Positions 28,347 through 38,231 of a DNA stretch of 64,000 nucleotides are shown piece after piece. The notes beneath the pieces are model-generated. The model was given only the letters and a program-made list of their open reading frames with translations. It was not told where the DNA came from and did no database searches. The translations under genes and the position numbers were made by a program. Where the stretch lies: IMG/VR virus record IMGVR_UViG_3300030090_007212, positions 74,503 through 138,502 of that record. One strand, given 5' to 3'. Origin of the DNA: a virus. Within the stretch, counting starts at the first letter, position 1; every line of letters starts with the position of its first letter.

Positions 28347-31274
28347 TTATTTTTTAACTTTAGCTTGTAGTGGTGTATAAACAATATCTACATAAGACCC
28401 TTCAGCTTTTATAGCTTTTATAGTCTCATTTAACTCAGCGTGTACCTGCTCGTAGTTGGCTGCCATTGAGCCTGACCATATAGCTGGCATACTTGCTGTG
28501 TTGTAATTATCCCCTGGTCTCCCAGCGAATGTATTATTATCGTTCATTGCACTTGCAAGATATTGAGATAATCCTGGAGCGTTTGGATCCCAATTCATTG
28601 CTTCCTCTAACATGCTGTGATAAGTATCAAAGTCACCACCAGCGGCAACTCCTTCTCTAACATGGTTATAGAAATTAATCATTGGACCATACTCTCTAAC
28701 TAAGTTTTCCAATCCTTTACGACCATTCACATATGATATAAACATTTGGAAAGGGTCAGGACCTAAACCAATACTACCTTCAAAAGTTAACCAAAATTCT
28801 CTTTTGATTTCTCCTTCAGATTTAGGTTCTTCAACTGGTGCATCTATAGGTTCTTCCACTTCACCTTCTTCTTTAATAGAATCTAGTTCCGCTTCCGCTT
28901 CTTTTAATGCCTTGGCAGCTTCCTCACCTTCAACAGCGGCCTGTTTATGCATATCCCTTACAGTTGCAACTTCTGCTTCTGCTTGAGATACCCATTCCTT
29001 ATTATCTTCAGATGGGTCAGCATCATAAGCTTCTTTAGCAGCTTTAAGTTCCGCCTCTACTTTCTCTAACGTTTTACTAACAGAGTCATATTCTTTGTTA
29101 GCTTTGTCAGAAGCAGCTTGCGCCTCTTTAACTTCAGTTTCAGCCTTTTGGATTGCCTCTTTTCTAGCTTCTTCTTCAGCTTTCTTCTTAGCTTCTTCTT
29201 CAGCTTTCTTAGCATCTTCTTCAGCTTTCTTCTTAGCTTCTTCTTCAGCTTTCTTAGCTTCTTCTTCAGCTTTCTTAGCTTCTTCTTCAGCTTTCTCAAT
29301 CAAAGATTTGATATCTTTAATCTGACCTTCCAAAGTTTTCAATGAAGCATCTGCAATTGGAAGAAAAACTCCACCATTATCGACATATTCAGAAATTTCC
29401 TTTCTCTGACCTTCATATTGATTTAAAATAATAAGTAAGTCTTCAACATCCAACTCACCATTATGTTGAGGTGTGACTTCTAAGAACGCAGGAACAGGTT
29501 CAGGAGCCGGAAGTTCAACTCCACTCTCTAACTCTTTAATCTCCTCTTTTAAAGAAGATATTTTTTCCTGAAGTTCAGCATTTTCCTCATCCAATTGCGA
29601 AATTTCGTCCTCAAGAGTTACAATACTTTCTTTACTAGAAGATATGCTATCTTTAAGTTCATCAATTTCAGCTTTTGATTTAGAAATACTTTCATCATAC
29701 TCAACTATAGATTTAATAGTCTCCGCTAAAGATTTTTGTGATTCATGAAGTTCTTTGGAATCTTCCTTTATCATATCCTCTAACTGAGCGAGTTTTGTTT
29801 CCATTTCTAAAAATTCAGGAGTATCTGGAGTTAAATCCTCTTCCATATGTTGTATCATCTTAGCTTTCTTTTCCTGCCTTTGAGCGAGTTCTTGAGTTTT
29901 CATGTCTATAGAATCTTCTATATCCACTTTTTGGTCATTTAAATCTCTTAAATCACTTTCACTCATTGCCAACTCAGTTTCTTTGGCATCTAAATCAGCT
30001 TCTCCATGCTCAACATCGTCTTTAGTTGCTGTAAGCTCATCTTGCTTTGCAGTAAGTTCAGTTTCTACCTCTTCTCTCTTAGTTTCATTCTCTTCTAAAC
30101 TTCCTTTAGCCTTAGCTAAAGCTATTAGGTTTAGTTTCCCATCAACTGGTTGGAAGGGTCCTTCCTGTTCTTTCTTCTTAGCTTCTTCTGCAGCTTTCTC
30201 CCTAGCTTCTTCTTCAGCTTTCTTCTTAGCTTCTTCTTCAGCTTTCTTCTTAGCTTCTCTTTCCGCTTCAACAGCTTCTTTTTCCGCTTTATACATAAGA
30301 ATAGAGTTTTCATAACTTACAGCTTCTTTTTCAGCTTGTTTAACTATATACGACTCTCTCTCCTCATCCTGCATTTTTTCTAAAAGTTTCTCGAATTGTT
30401 CTTCAGACATACCCTCTTCTTTAGCTATAACTATAGCCTCTTCAATAATAGCGTCAGAAAAACCTTCTCGTGCTTCATCCTCAATATCAGATATTCTTTT
30501 TAGAAGAGTTGGTATTTCACCTTCTCCTTCTACTTGCATATCTGCATCAACAATTTTTTGTACTCGAAGTTGTATTTCTTGACTAACTATTCTTTTACGA
30601 GAGCTTTCTATTGATCTACCAACAAATTCTTTAGAAGCCTCTAATGATTCTTCAATTACTTCGTCAATAGACATTTCTGCACCTTTAGATTTAACAGAAA
30701 TTCTTAGTTTTTGCATTGTTTTTGTTCTTATAGCTTCTAACCCTTCTTCAATACCTTCATTTTCTACATCTGCTCTCACAGCTGCAACCAATGATTTTTG
30801 AAGATTATTCACTGCATTAAATGCGGCAAATAAAGTTGAAGATACGTCATCATTTTGGGATAAACGTTTAGACGCAGAAACACCAAAAAGGTCTTCCTTC
30901 TCTAAATTAACCCCACAAGCTTTAACTAAGTTAACTGTTGCAGTTTTTGCATCTTCTACAGAATCTCCATCATCCATGAAACCTTTAACCATTGTAGTTA
31001 CTGGGGAAATATTCAGTGATATCTCAGTGTGACCTTTAAATACCTCTTTATTTTCCTCACCAGTCCAAACATTGGATCCACCTGATGCTTTGAATGATCC
31101 ACTATACCCTGCAGGTATTGCAAATTCACCCATTGAATTAGTGGTAGTTGTTTCACCAGTTTCAAATTCTATATCTGCACCCTCAATAGGAGCATCCTCT
31201 AATGTTCCTGTATCTCCGGTGTCGTCATCATCGCCACCGTCACCTTCTTGTTCGGCTTCAGTGTTTCCTATGAA
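28347..31274 (-). CDS. Long coiled-coil / charged-helix protein, probably the -1 frameshift extension of 31268..32548
   Basis: The 928-aa ORF frame stays open upstream of Met 31133 to a TGA at 31311-31313, passing through the slippery heptamer at 31274-31280. Contains EEEAKKKA repeats and long heptads. Confidence 0.75.
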   Translation of the reverse strand, partial: FIGNTEAEQEGDGGDDDDTGDTGTLEDAPIEGADIEFETGETTTTNSMGEFAIPAGYSGSFKASGGSNVWTGEENKEVFKGHTEISLNISPVTTMVKGFMDDGDSVEDAKTATVNLVKACGVNLEKEDLFGVSASKRLSQNDDVSSTLFAAFNAVNNLQKSLVAAVRADVENEGIEEGLEAIRTKTMQKLRISVKSKGAEMSIDEVIEESLEASKEFVGRSIESSRKRIVSQEIQLRVQKIVDADMQVEGEGEIPTLLKRISDIEDEAREGFSDAIIEEAIVIAKEEGMSEEQFEKLLEKMQDEERESYIVKQAEKEAVSYENSILMYKAEKEAVEAEREAKKKAEEEAKKKAEEEAREKAAEEAKKKEQEGPFQPVDGKLNLIALAKAKGSLEENETKREEVETELTAKQDELTATKDDVEHGEADLDAKETELAMSESDLRDLNDQKVDIEDSIDMKTQELAQRQEKKAKMIQHMEEDLTPDTPEFLEMETKLAQLEDMIKEDSKELHESQKSLAETIKSIVEYDESISKSKAEIDELKDSISSSKESIVTLEDEISQLDEENAELQEKISSLKEEIKELESGVELPAPEPVPAFLEVTPQHNGELDVEDLLIILNQYEGQRKEISEYVDNGGVFLPIADASLKTLEGQIKDIKSLIEKAEEEAKKAEEEAKKAEEEAKKKAEEDAKKAEEEAKKKAEEEARKEAIQKAETEVKEAQAASDKANKEYDSVSKTLEKVEAELKAAKEAYDADPSEDNKEWVSQAEAEVATVRDMHKQAAVEGEEAAKALKEAEAELDSIKEEGEVEEPIDAPVEEPKSEGEIKREFWLTFEGSIGLGPDPFQMFISYVNGRKGLENLVREYGPMINFYNHVREGVAAGGDFDTYHSMLEEAMNWDPNAPGLSQYLASAMNDNNTFAGRPGDNYNTASMPAIWSGSMAANYEQVHAELNETIKAIKAEGSYVDIVYTPLQAKVKK
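29161..29295. repeat. 21/24-bp tandem repeats encoding (K)KAEEEAK
   Basis: About six units of agcttcttcttcagctttctt(ctt); a second block lies at about 30171-30260. Confidence 0.9.
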
Positions 31275-32548
31275 AAATTTACACCAAAAAGTGTATAAAC
31301 TGCTCCTGAGTCAGTAGCTACTGGAGTAAATGATACTACAGTTTCACCACCTTCTTCGTCATAGTTACATGCATCAACATTTGTTTGAATACCATTAACA
31401 AATAATATTGCAGTTGAAGTCTCAACTTTTCCTTCTACAGAGAAAGAGTATGCTTCACCCTCAACAGCTTCAAACTCACCAGTTGAATGTCTGTAATCAG
31501 TGTTTTGTACACCTGCTCCAGCATTTGCTTCAACTGTATCAGTTAAGTCAGATATAGATCCTTCTAAGTCAGCTTTTGCGTCAGCTAATGCTTGTGCAGC
31601 TTCTTCAGCGTTTGCTTTGATTATAGCATCTTGTGAGTCTTGCTCTTCATCTACTTCAACTTTGAATGCTTTTATAGTATCATTGACTTCATCATGATTT
31701 GCAGAAACAGTATCCGATAGATCAGATATAGCTGAATCTAATTCTTCTCTGTTTTGTGCATCTGCAGCTTCTAACTCATCTTTAGCATCTTTTAATGATT
31801 GAGCAGCTTCTTCGGCGTTTGCTTTGATTGCTTTGTCTTGATCTGCTTGTCCATCTGCTGTTTCATCCATGAATGCTTTTAATGAATCATTGATTGCATC
31901 ATGATTTTCACTAACTTTAGTATCTAAAGAAGTAATAGAGTCAATAATCTCAGTATCCGCTAAGTTATAGGCATCATTTAATTCCTTAAGTGTATCCCAG
32001 TCAACTTCAGCACCATCAAGAATTGCACTAACTCTATCATCTACAGCTTTAACTGAAGCATCTAATTCAGATCTGTTTTGTGCATCTTTAGTTTCTAACT
32101 CAGCTTTAGCATCTTCTAATGCTTTAGCAGCATCTTCAGCGTTTGCTTTGATTGTAGAATCTAATTCTTCTGTTGCGTCAGCTAATGCTTTAGCAGCTTC
32201 TTCAGCGTTTGCTTTGATTGTAGCTTCTTGTGATGTGAAATCTTCATCTACTTCAACTTGGAATGCTTTTAATGAATCATTGATTGCATCATGATTTTCA
32301 CTAACTGTTGCAGTTAATTCAGCATGTTCTTGCTTTCTTTCTGCAGTGTCAGCTTTAGCAGCTTCTTCAACTGCTTCAATCGCCTCTTTTCTTCCTTTAA
32401 TCTCTTCAGAAAGCTCAGCGATTTCATTTTCACCTAATACTATATCAAAATTAAAGTCGAATTTTCCATCTTCATTAAGTTGGATCTCTTTAATTTGACC
32501 AATACCAGGACCTCTTCTTAGAGGATTTGGGTCTTGCATCATCATCAT
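31268..32548 (-). CDS. Acidic coiled-coil fibre/whisker-like virion protein
   Basis: 426 aa. Three repeats of VSENHDAINDSLKAF...IKANAEEAA, ILDGAEVDWDTLKEL motif seen in phage fibres, small C-terminal beta domain (LFVNG). Confidence 0.75.
   Translation of the reverse strand: MMMMQDPNPLRRGPGIGQIKEIQLNEDGKFDFNFDIVLGENEIAELSEEIKGRKEAIEAVEEAAKADTAERKQEHAELTATVSENHDAINDSLKAFQVEVDEDFTSQEATIKANAEEAAKALADATEELDSTIKANAEDAAKALEDAKAELETKDAQNRSELDASVKAVDDRVSAILDGAEVDWDTLKELNDAYNLADTEIIDSITSLDTKVSENHDAINDSLKAFMDETADGQADQDKAIKANAEEAAQSLKDAKDELEAADAQNREELDSAISDLSDTVSANHDEVNDTIKAFKVEVDEEQDSQDAIIKANAEEAAQALADAKADLEGSISDLTDTVEANAGAGVQNTDYRHSTGEFEAVEGEAYSFSVEGKVETSTAILFVNGIQTNVDACNYDEEGGETVVSFTPVATDSGAVYTLFGVNFS
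31274..31280 (-). other. Candidate -1 programmed ribosomal frameshift site A AAU UUU
   Basis: mRNA GUA AAU UUU UCA UAG: in-phase X XXY YYZ heptamer one sense codon before the stop, with a -1 frame open for 975 codons. Confidence 0.72.
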
Positions 32549-32711
32549 AATAATTGTTTTTTATGTTTGATTGTTATTAGTAAGAATTGTGTGATTTTTA
32601 TGCGCATATTTTTATACAATTCACTTAATAAATACCATGAATTATATAAAAGAACTACCTAGAAAAGTTAAATTAAAATTAATTTACAAAAGTGTGACTT
32701 TATGGTGACTT

Positions 32712-32999
32712 TTACCTATAAACAAAGACTAAAACGTCATCAATTTGAAGGGAATAATCTCCTATCCATTTAATAGTGTGGAGATTTATTATATTATAAT
32801 CTTGTCCATAATTATAACGTATACCATTAATATATAATTCTGTTTTATTATATTCACTAACAGTAAGAGGGACAATACCCTCAAATAAAACTTGAGCATC
32901 TATAGTGGGACTAAAAGTAACTGTTTCATATTTCCCTCCCCCTATAACAGTAATGTCACTAGGGTTTCTTACAATATAATTTTTTATAATTTTTTTCAT
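32712..32999 (-). CDS. Small beta-rich virion protein
   Basis: 95 aa with LYINGI...DY...I.W pattern; overlaps the upstream gene's stop. Confidence 0.7.
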   Translation of the reverse strand: MKKIIKNYIVRNPSDITVIGGGKYETVTFSPTIDAQVLFEGIVPLTVSEYNKTELYINGIRYNYGQDYNIINLHTIKWIGDYSLQIDDVLVFVYR

Positions 33000-34027
33000 T
33001 TCAATTTACCTTTTAAAGTCATATAGGCACTATTAGTAACTATAGTTTTATTTATAGTAATTGTTAAAACATCTCCATATTTTACATCATAAGGTAATGT
33101 AACAGGAACCCCATTTAATTGAACAATGTAGGTATTAATATTTTCAACTTCTATTTCTTCGTATGTTGCATCAATATCTACAGTTAAATTGAACATGTTA
33201 ACACCAGGATCAAATTGTATATTTAATTCAATTAACCCTTCTTTTTCTTGTTTGGTTATTTGATATGGTGCAAGATTTATATTTTCACTAACTTCATAAA
33301 ATTGTATTCCTCTACTAATTGCAGGTTTAACTTTAAATTCATTTTCATCTAATAGATAACCTAACATTTTAATAGAATATAATTGAACATAATATCTCTT
33401 TTCATCAATATTATTAATCACACTTTCATCCCCAATACTATCTAATAATAAAGGTATGGGGTGACCATTTATACGCAAATATTTTTCACCTGCAGAAAAA
33501 GATTCTAACATCTTTTTATTAAAAATATTTAGATCTCTCATTTTATTACAAAATAACCTCACTTCATAGTTCATATCAATAGAAACTGGTTGAGGTATTT
33601 GGTATACGTCATAACTTTTTATATTTCCATCCCATGTTGGTATTTTCATATAGGTGAATGTAGGTTTACCCGGTATATTGAATGCGCCAGCATAATTTGT
33701 CCCTACTTGTGCGTCAGGTTTTCTTACAATAGTTATAAAAGGAATTTTTATATTTTTATTTTCATCAGAAAATTTCCAAGTTTTTGCAAATTCTGCCCAT
33801 CTTTGAATACTTAAAAATATTACAGGAACTTCTTTACCACCTAAACTTAGATTAATAGAATTTTTCACATATTCAATAAAATCTCTATCCATATCTTCAT
33901 GAAGAATACTTTTAGGTAGATATGTACCATTATTAGCAATATTATCTAATATTTGTTGTCTCGCCGCAAATCCTGTTTTAGGAGGATTTATATTTAAATT
34001 TTTTCTATAATTTTTAGGTAGTCCCAT
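32996..34027 (-). CDS. Tail terminator / sheath stabiliser (gp15-like)
   Basis: VPVIF...QRW...IKIPFITIVR...IPQPVSIDMNYEV pattern; between neck and sheath genes. Confidence 0.65.
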   Translation of the reverse strand: MGLPKNYRKNLNINPPKTGFAARQQILDNIANNGTYLPKSILHEDMDRDFIEYVKNSINLSLGGKEVPVIFLSIQRWAEFAKTWKFSDENKNIKIPFITIVRKPDAQVGTNYAGAFNIPGKPTFTYMKIPTWDGNIKSYDVYQIPQPVSIDMNYEVRLFCNKMRDLNIFNKKMLESFSAGEKYLRINGHPIPLLLDSIGDESVINNIDEKRYYVQLYSIKMLGYLLDENEFKVKPAISRGIQFYEVSENINLAPYQITKQEKEGLIELNIQFDPGVNMFNLTVDIDATYEEIEVENINTYIVQLNGVPVTLPYDVKYGDVLTITINKTIVTNSAYMTLKGKLK

Positions 34028-34032
34028 CTTAA

Positions 34033-34554
34033 TTAAATACCTTTAAATTCATCTTCATCTACGGGTACACATGTCACAGTTCTGTAAAATCCTTTAAAAC
34101 CACCTATAGTATGTGTATTATCCGAGTTTATAATACCATTATTCGAAACGGTATAGTATTGGATTCTATCTTCTGTTTCTGAATAACCAATGTAATCCCC
34201 ATAATTTATTTCTGCACCCAATTCTTGTAATTGTGCATCATATACACCAAAAACTAAATTACCATGTTCTAAATGTCTTAAAGAGCCATTAGGATTATAT
34301 GATTCATTAATAGGTGTATTATTATTTAAAACAACAGTTAACTCTACAGGTTCTTTAAATCTTATTTCATTTCTTCCTGCCTCCCCATATATATCATCTG
34401 TAAGGGATTCTCCTTGTAACACTTGGAATAATATTACTTTAATATTTATATCACCTTCTAACCATTCTCTACCAAATTCTATCTGTAAATCAAAATCATC
34501 TTGTGAAAAAAACTTATTTAACCTGGTTATAGGGATTTTTCTATTGTTTTTCAT
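34033..34554 (-). CDS. Head closure / neck protein (gp14-like)
   Basis: DDIYGEA...F.EPVEL and GDYI motifs; neighbours gp13-like and gp15-like genes. Confidence 0.65.
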   Translation of the reverse strand: MKNNRKIPITRLNKFFSQDDFDLQIEFGREWLEGDINIKVILFQVLQGESLTDDIYGEAGRNEIRFKEPVELTVVLNNNTPINESYNPNGSLRHLEHGNLVFGVYDAQLQELGAEINYGDYIGYSETEDRIQYYTVSNNGIINSDNTHTIGGFKGFYRTVTCVPVDEDEFKGI

Positions 34555-34565
34555 CTATCTTTTCT

Positions 34566-34581
34566 CTATAAATATTTATAG
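34566..34581. promoter_or_regulatory. Palindromic double copy of the late-type motif between divergent genes
   Basis: Perfect 16-bp palindrome CTATAAATATTTATAG. Confidence 0.6.
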
Positions 34582-34592
34582 TTAATAAAAAA

Positions 34593-36413
34593 ATGAGTAT
34601 AATTGTAAATATGTTAGATATAAAAGATATTAAAGGATTAGGAGGGGAAGAACTATTAAAATCTTATGAAGGTAGAAATCCCTACATAAATTATATGAAA
34701 AAAAAGTATCTTACTGAGAAATCTTATTTTCTCACAACCAATCAAAGTAAGTATGTCAAAAAGTTTTTTAATTTTGAGCCTCGTTCAATGAATAAAGTAA
34801 TTGAATTAACTAATTATTTTGCGGAACAATTAAAGGAAGAATATAAATTAAAAGTACCCATTAAGAAAATTTTAATAGAAACTTTATTAGCAGAATCCGA
34901 TAAAGCATTACATGTAATCTGTAAATTTTATAAAAATCAAAAAGATGTAAAATTATTATGGATACCTAAAACTCAATTAATTGAAGATATTCATTATGAA
35001 GAAATCGAGGTAGAAGTAGATTATAAGAAGTATGAAGAATTAGATAAAAGAGGGTGGAAGGCATTTGGGCATCAAGAAGAAGGTATAGAATTTCTTTTAA
35101 AAAATCCTAAATGTATTTTAGCGGATGATATGGGATTAGGGAAAACATACCAATCTATTGTTGCCGCCTTAGAATGTGATGCAGAGAGAATATTAATAGT
35201 TTGTCCAGCCTCCCTAAAAATAAATTGGATGAGAGAAGTACAAAATTTTTGTGATGATGTATCAATAATAAAAGGAAAACATTGGGATCCCTCTAGGTTT
35301 ACTATAATTAATTATGATATATTGAAAAATTTTCATACTATTGAAGAGAGAGGGAAAAAATATGAGGAGTGGGAATTAAGAAGAGAGATTGTGGAATTTA
35401 ATCCTGATTTAATAATTTTAGATGAAGCTCATTTTGTAAAAAATCATAAAAGTATTAGGGGTAAAATATTAAAAGATTTAGCCACTAGATTTACCCCTGA
35501 AAGAATATGGTTATTAACTGGTACCCCTATTGCAAATCGACCTATGGACTATTATAATTTACTATCCATTATAGATTCTCCTGTTGCCCGTAATTGGGTT
35601 CATTACGCTAGAACATATTGTGAAGGTATAAGATTTAGAAAAGGTAGAAGATATATATGGGTAACAAAGGGTGCATCCAACCTAGAAGAATTAAACGATA
35701 AAACTAAAAGAACAATTTTAAGAAGAAAAAAAGAAGAGGTTTTAGATTTACCAGATAAATTGATAACACCAGTTTATTTAGAACTCCAAAATGTAGAAGG
35801 TTATAAAAATGTATGGGAAGAATATTTAACACAAAGAAAATTAGATGGTAAAAAAGGTAATCCTGCAAGAGATTTAGTAGAGATGACATTATTAAGAACT
35901 TTTATTGCCCTAGAAACTGTCCCTTATACTATAGAAAAAACTGATGAAGCCTTGGAATTAGGTAAAAAAACTATAATATTTTGTAATTTTAATGATGAAA
36001 TGGATGCATTTATGAGATATTATGGAGAAAAAGCGGTATGTATTAGAGGTGGTATGTCAGATAAACAAAAACAACATGCAGTAGATAGATTTCAAGAAGA
36101 CGATAGTTGTAAAGTTTTTATTGGACAAATTAAGGCGGCAGGGGTAGGTTTAACTCTAACTGCGGCAGAAATTGTTATTATGAATTCATTAGATTGGGTT
36201 CCTGGAAATCACGAACAAGCAGAAGATAGAGCATATAGAATAGGACAAAATAAAACTGTAAATATTTATTATATGTTAATAGACGATACAATAGATACAT
36301 TAGTATGGGATATTTTAAATGAAAAAAAGAAAGTTATCGGAACAATAATGGGTGAAGATGACATAATAATAGAATTTATTAAACAAATTGAAAATGGAAG
36401 TAATAGTATTTAG
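34593..36413 (+). CDS. SNF2-family helicase/ATPase
   Basis: ADDMGLGKT, VCPASL, DEAH, LTGTP, GVGLTLT, QAEDRAYRIGQ. The start may instead be 34611. Confidence 0.95.
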   Translation: MSIIVNMLDIKDIKGLGGEELLKSYEGRNPYINYMKKKYLTEKSYFLTTNQSKYVKKFFNFEPRSMNKVIELTNYFAEQLKEEYKLKVPIKKILIETLLAESDKALHVICKFYKNQKDVKLLWIPKTQLIEDIHYEEIEVEVDYKKYEELDKRGWKAFGHQEEGIEFLLKNPKCILADDMGLGKTYQSIVAALECDAERILIVCPASLKINWMREVQNFCDDVSIIKGKHWDPSRFTIINYDILKNFHTIEERGKKYEEWELRREIVEFNPDLIILDEAHFVKNHKSIRGKILKDLATRFTPERIWLLTGTPIANRPMDYYNLLSIIDSPVARNWVHYARTYCEGIRFRKGRRYIWVTKGASNLEELNDKTKRTILRRKKEEVLDLPDKLITPVYLELQNVEGYKNVWEEYLTQRKLDGKKGNPARDLVEMTLLRTFIALETVPYTIEKTDEALELGKKTIIFCNFNDEMDAFMRYYGEKAVCIRGGMSDKQKQHAVDRFQEDDSCKVFIGQIKAAGVGLTLTAAEIVIMNSLDWVPGNHEQAEDRAYRIGQNKTVNIYYMLIDDTIDTLVWDILNEKKKVIGTIMGEDDIIIEFIKQIENGSNSI

Positions 36414-36675
36414 TATGGAAGGTTGTCCTCATTGTGATAACCTTAAAAATCAATTAGTAGAAAAAAATATTAACTTTACGGAAAAAGATGTAGATAAACA
36501 TGAAATTTTATATGAGTCTTTTTCTAAAAAAGTAGATAGTGAATTTTTACCTGCAATTTTAATTGGAAAAAAAGCATTTATTCCGGATAGATCTTTTAAA
36601 ACTATTGATCAAGCAGTAAAAATTATTGAAAATCACCTGTCGGAGCTGTCTCGTCATGGTCGCCACTTAGGTTAA
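36394..36675 (+). CDS. Glutaredoxin / NrdH-like redoxin
   Basis: VFSMEGCPHC active site and LP cis-Pro motif; ATG at 36394. Confidence 0.88.
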   Translation: MEVIVFSMEGCPHCDNLKNQLVEKNINFTEKDVDKHEILYESFSKKVDSEFLPAILIGKKAFIPDRSFKTIDQAVKIIENHLSELSRHGRHLG

Positions 36676-37036
36676 AATTATCATAACTTTGACTATATTC
36701 ATCAATTAATTCCCCTAATTGGTTAATTAAATTATCGTGTCCCTCATCACCATCCCAACCAGCACCACTACCACTACTATGTAATAATGATTTTCTTATA
36801 TCTTCTAATGCTAGAATTAGATCTTCATTATTAGTATCTGCTTCGTATGCAAATTGTATTGCAGCTTCAATATCTCTAAGGGCAGATGCTAAATGATTCA
36901 TTGCTTTATGCATAAATCCTACCGCAATATCAGTAGAAGTTTTAGTAGTTGTTTCAGTATAAGGAAATAAATTTTCCTCTACTTCATATTCCACTTCTTC
37001 CCTTAAAATTTTTTTTATTAGATTTCTTTCCATCAT
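36623..37036 (-). CDS. Hypothetical acidic protein
   Basis: 137 aa; leader-like LIKKILREE; promoter motif at 37039-37047. Confidence 0.7.
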   Translation of the reverse strand: MMERNLIKKILREEVEYEVEENLFPYTETTTKTSTDIAVGFMHKAMNHLASALRDIEAAIQFAYEADTNNEDLILALEDIRKSLLHSSGSGAGWDGDEGHDNLINQLGELIDEYSQSYDNFNLSGDHDETAPTGDFQ

Positions 37037-37076
37037 TTAATAAATATCTTAATATTTATAAATAAATACTATTAAT

Positions 37077-38231
37077 ATGGCAAATGAGTTAAATGATCAA
37101 TTAAAAGAAGAATTATTTACCCTGATAAAGCATAGATTAGGTGCACCTATTAGAAAAATAGAGTTAGATTGGGATCAAGAATGTTCTTTATTAGAAACCG
37201 CAATTGAAGATTATGCACAAAGAGTACAAGATTGGTTAATAGAAAATCAATGGGCATCCTTATTAGGAAATGATGTAGATAATTTAGATATTGCATTTGC
37301 ATTAACCACACGTTCTTTGGATTTTGAATCTAGATTTTCTTATGCGTATTCTAAACAAGTTGGATTACAAGATAGAGGTCCGTGGGAATTAAAAAAGGAT
37401 TATGTAACTATAGAATCGGGTAAACAAGTCTATCAAATACCTGGAGGACGAGAAGTAAACGAAATATTATGGATAACACCTAACAGTACCGATCACGCAC
37501 TTTATTCATTTGCAGGTTTTGGTGATTATGGTTTTGGTGGTGGATTCGGTCAAGTTCCTTATGCAGGATGGGGACAAGGTGGTGGATTAGGTAATGGTGG
37601 TTTTTATGTTGCTCCCGCATTCGATGTTTTATTAAGAGCTGCGGATTTTAGTTTAAAATCTAAATTATTAAGAAGTCAATTAACTTATAAAGTTACTGCA
37701 GGACCAAATGGAACCAGATTATTACATCTTATGCCTATCCCTGGTAGTAGATTATCTTTCAGTGCTGCTGGTTTAGTAGGAAGTCAAATTGGTTTGGCAG
37801 GAACTAAAGTATGGTATTATTATTATGATACTGGGGGGATGACACCTGAAGAGGTAAATAATTGTTTAAATGAAAATAAAGATATTATTGCATTACCTAA
37901 TGAAGTTCCTTTATCTAAATTAAAATATTCCGATTTAAACGAACCAACTAGAGTGTGGGTGAGAAGATATCTAACTGCGTTATTTAAAGAAGCTTTAGGT
38001 CGTGTAAGAGGAAAATTCAGTGGGGCATTAAAAGTTCCGGATGCAGAATTAACTATGGATTACGATAGTTTGTTAAGTGAAGGAAAAGAAGAACAGGCAA
38101 AACTTTTAGAAGATTTAGATGCTCGTTTAGAAAGACTAAGTAACGCTAAACAACTCGAATTAAAAGCAAGTGAAGCAGAGAATTTAAATAAATCACTACA
38201 ATACAGACCTCTCGGTTTGTTTGTTATCTAA
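37077..38231 (+). CDS. Neck / head-tail adaptor protein (T4 gp13-like)
   Basis: LGAPIRKIELD, WVRRYLTALFKEALGRVRGKF, LLSEGKEE, terminal PLGLFV. Confidence 0.85.
   Translation: MANELNDQLKEELFTLIKHRLGAPIRKIELDWDQECSLLETAIEDYAQRVQDWLIENQWASLLGNDVDNLDIAFALTTRSLDFESRFSYAYSKQVGLQDRGPWELKKDYVTIESGKQVYQIPGGREVNEILWITPNSTDHALYSFAGFGDYGFGGGFGQVPYAGWGQGGGLGNGGFYVAPAFDVLLRAADFSLKSKLLRSQLTYKVTAGPNGTRLLHLMPIPGSRLSFSAAGLVGSQIGLAGTKVWYYYYDTGGMTPEEVNNCLNENKDIIALPNEVPLSKLKYSDLNEPTRVWVRRYLTALFKEALGRVRGKFSGALKVPDAELTMDYDSLLSEGKEEQAKLLEDLDARLERLSNAKQLELKASEAENLNKSLQYRPLGLFVI

Noticed and set aside
29066-30383. Lys/Leu-rich, Phe/Ser-rich and Ser/Ala-rich short ORFs; possible CRISPR-like periodicity
   Set aside because: Shadow frames of the EEEAKKKA tandem repeats; there are no unique spacers.
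31268-31270. TAG read-through or stop-codon reassignment linking the two ORFs
   Set aside because: The downstream ORF is in the -1 frame, not in frame, and genes across the window are intact in the standard code.
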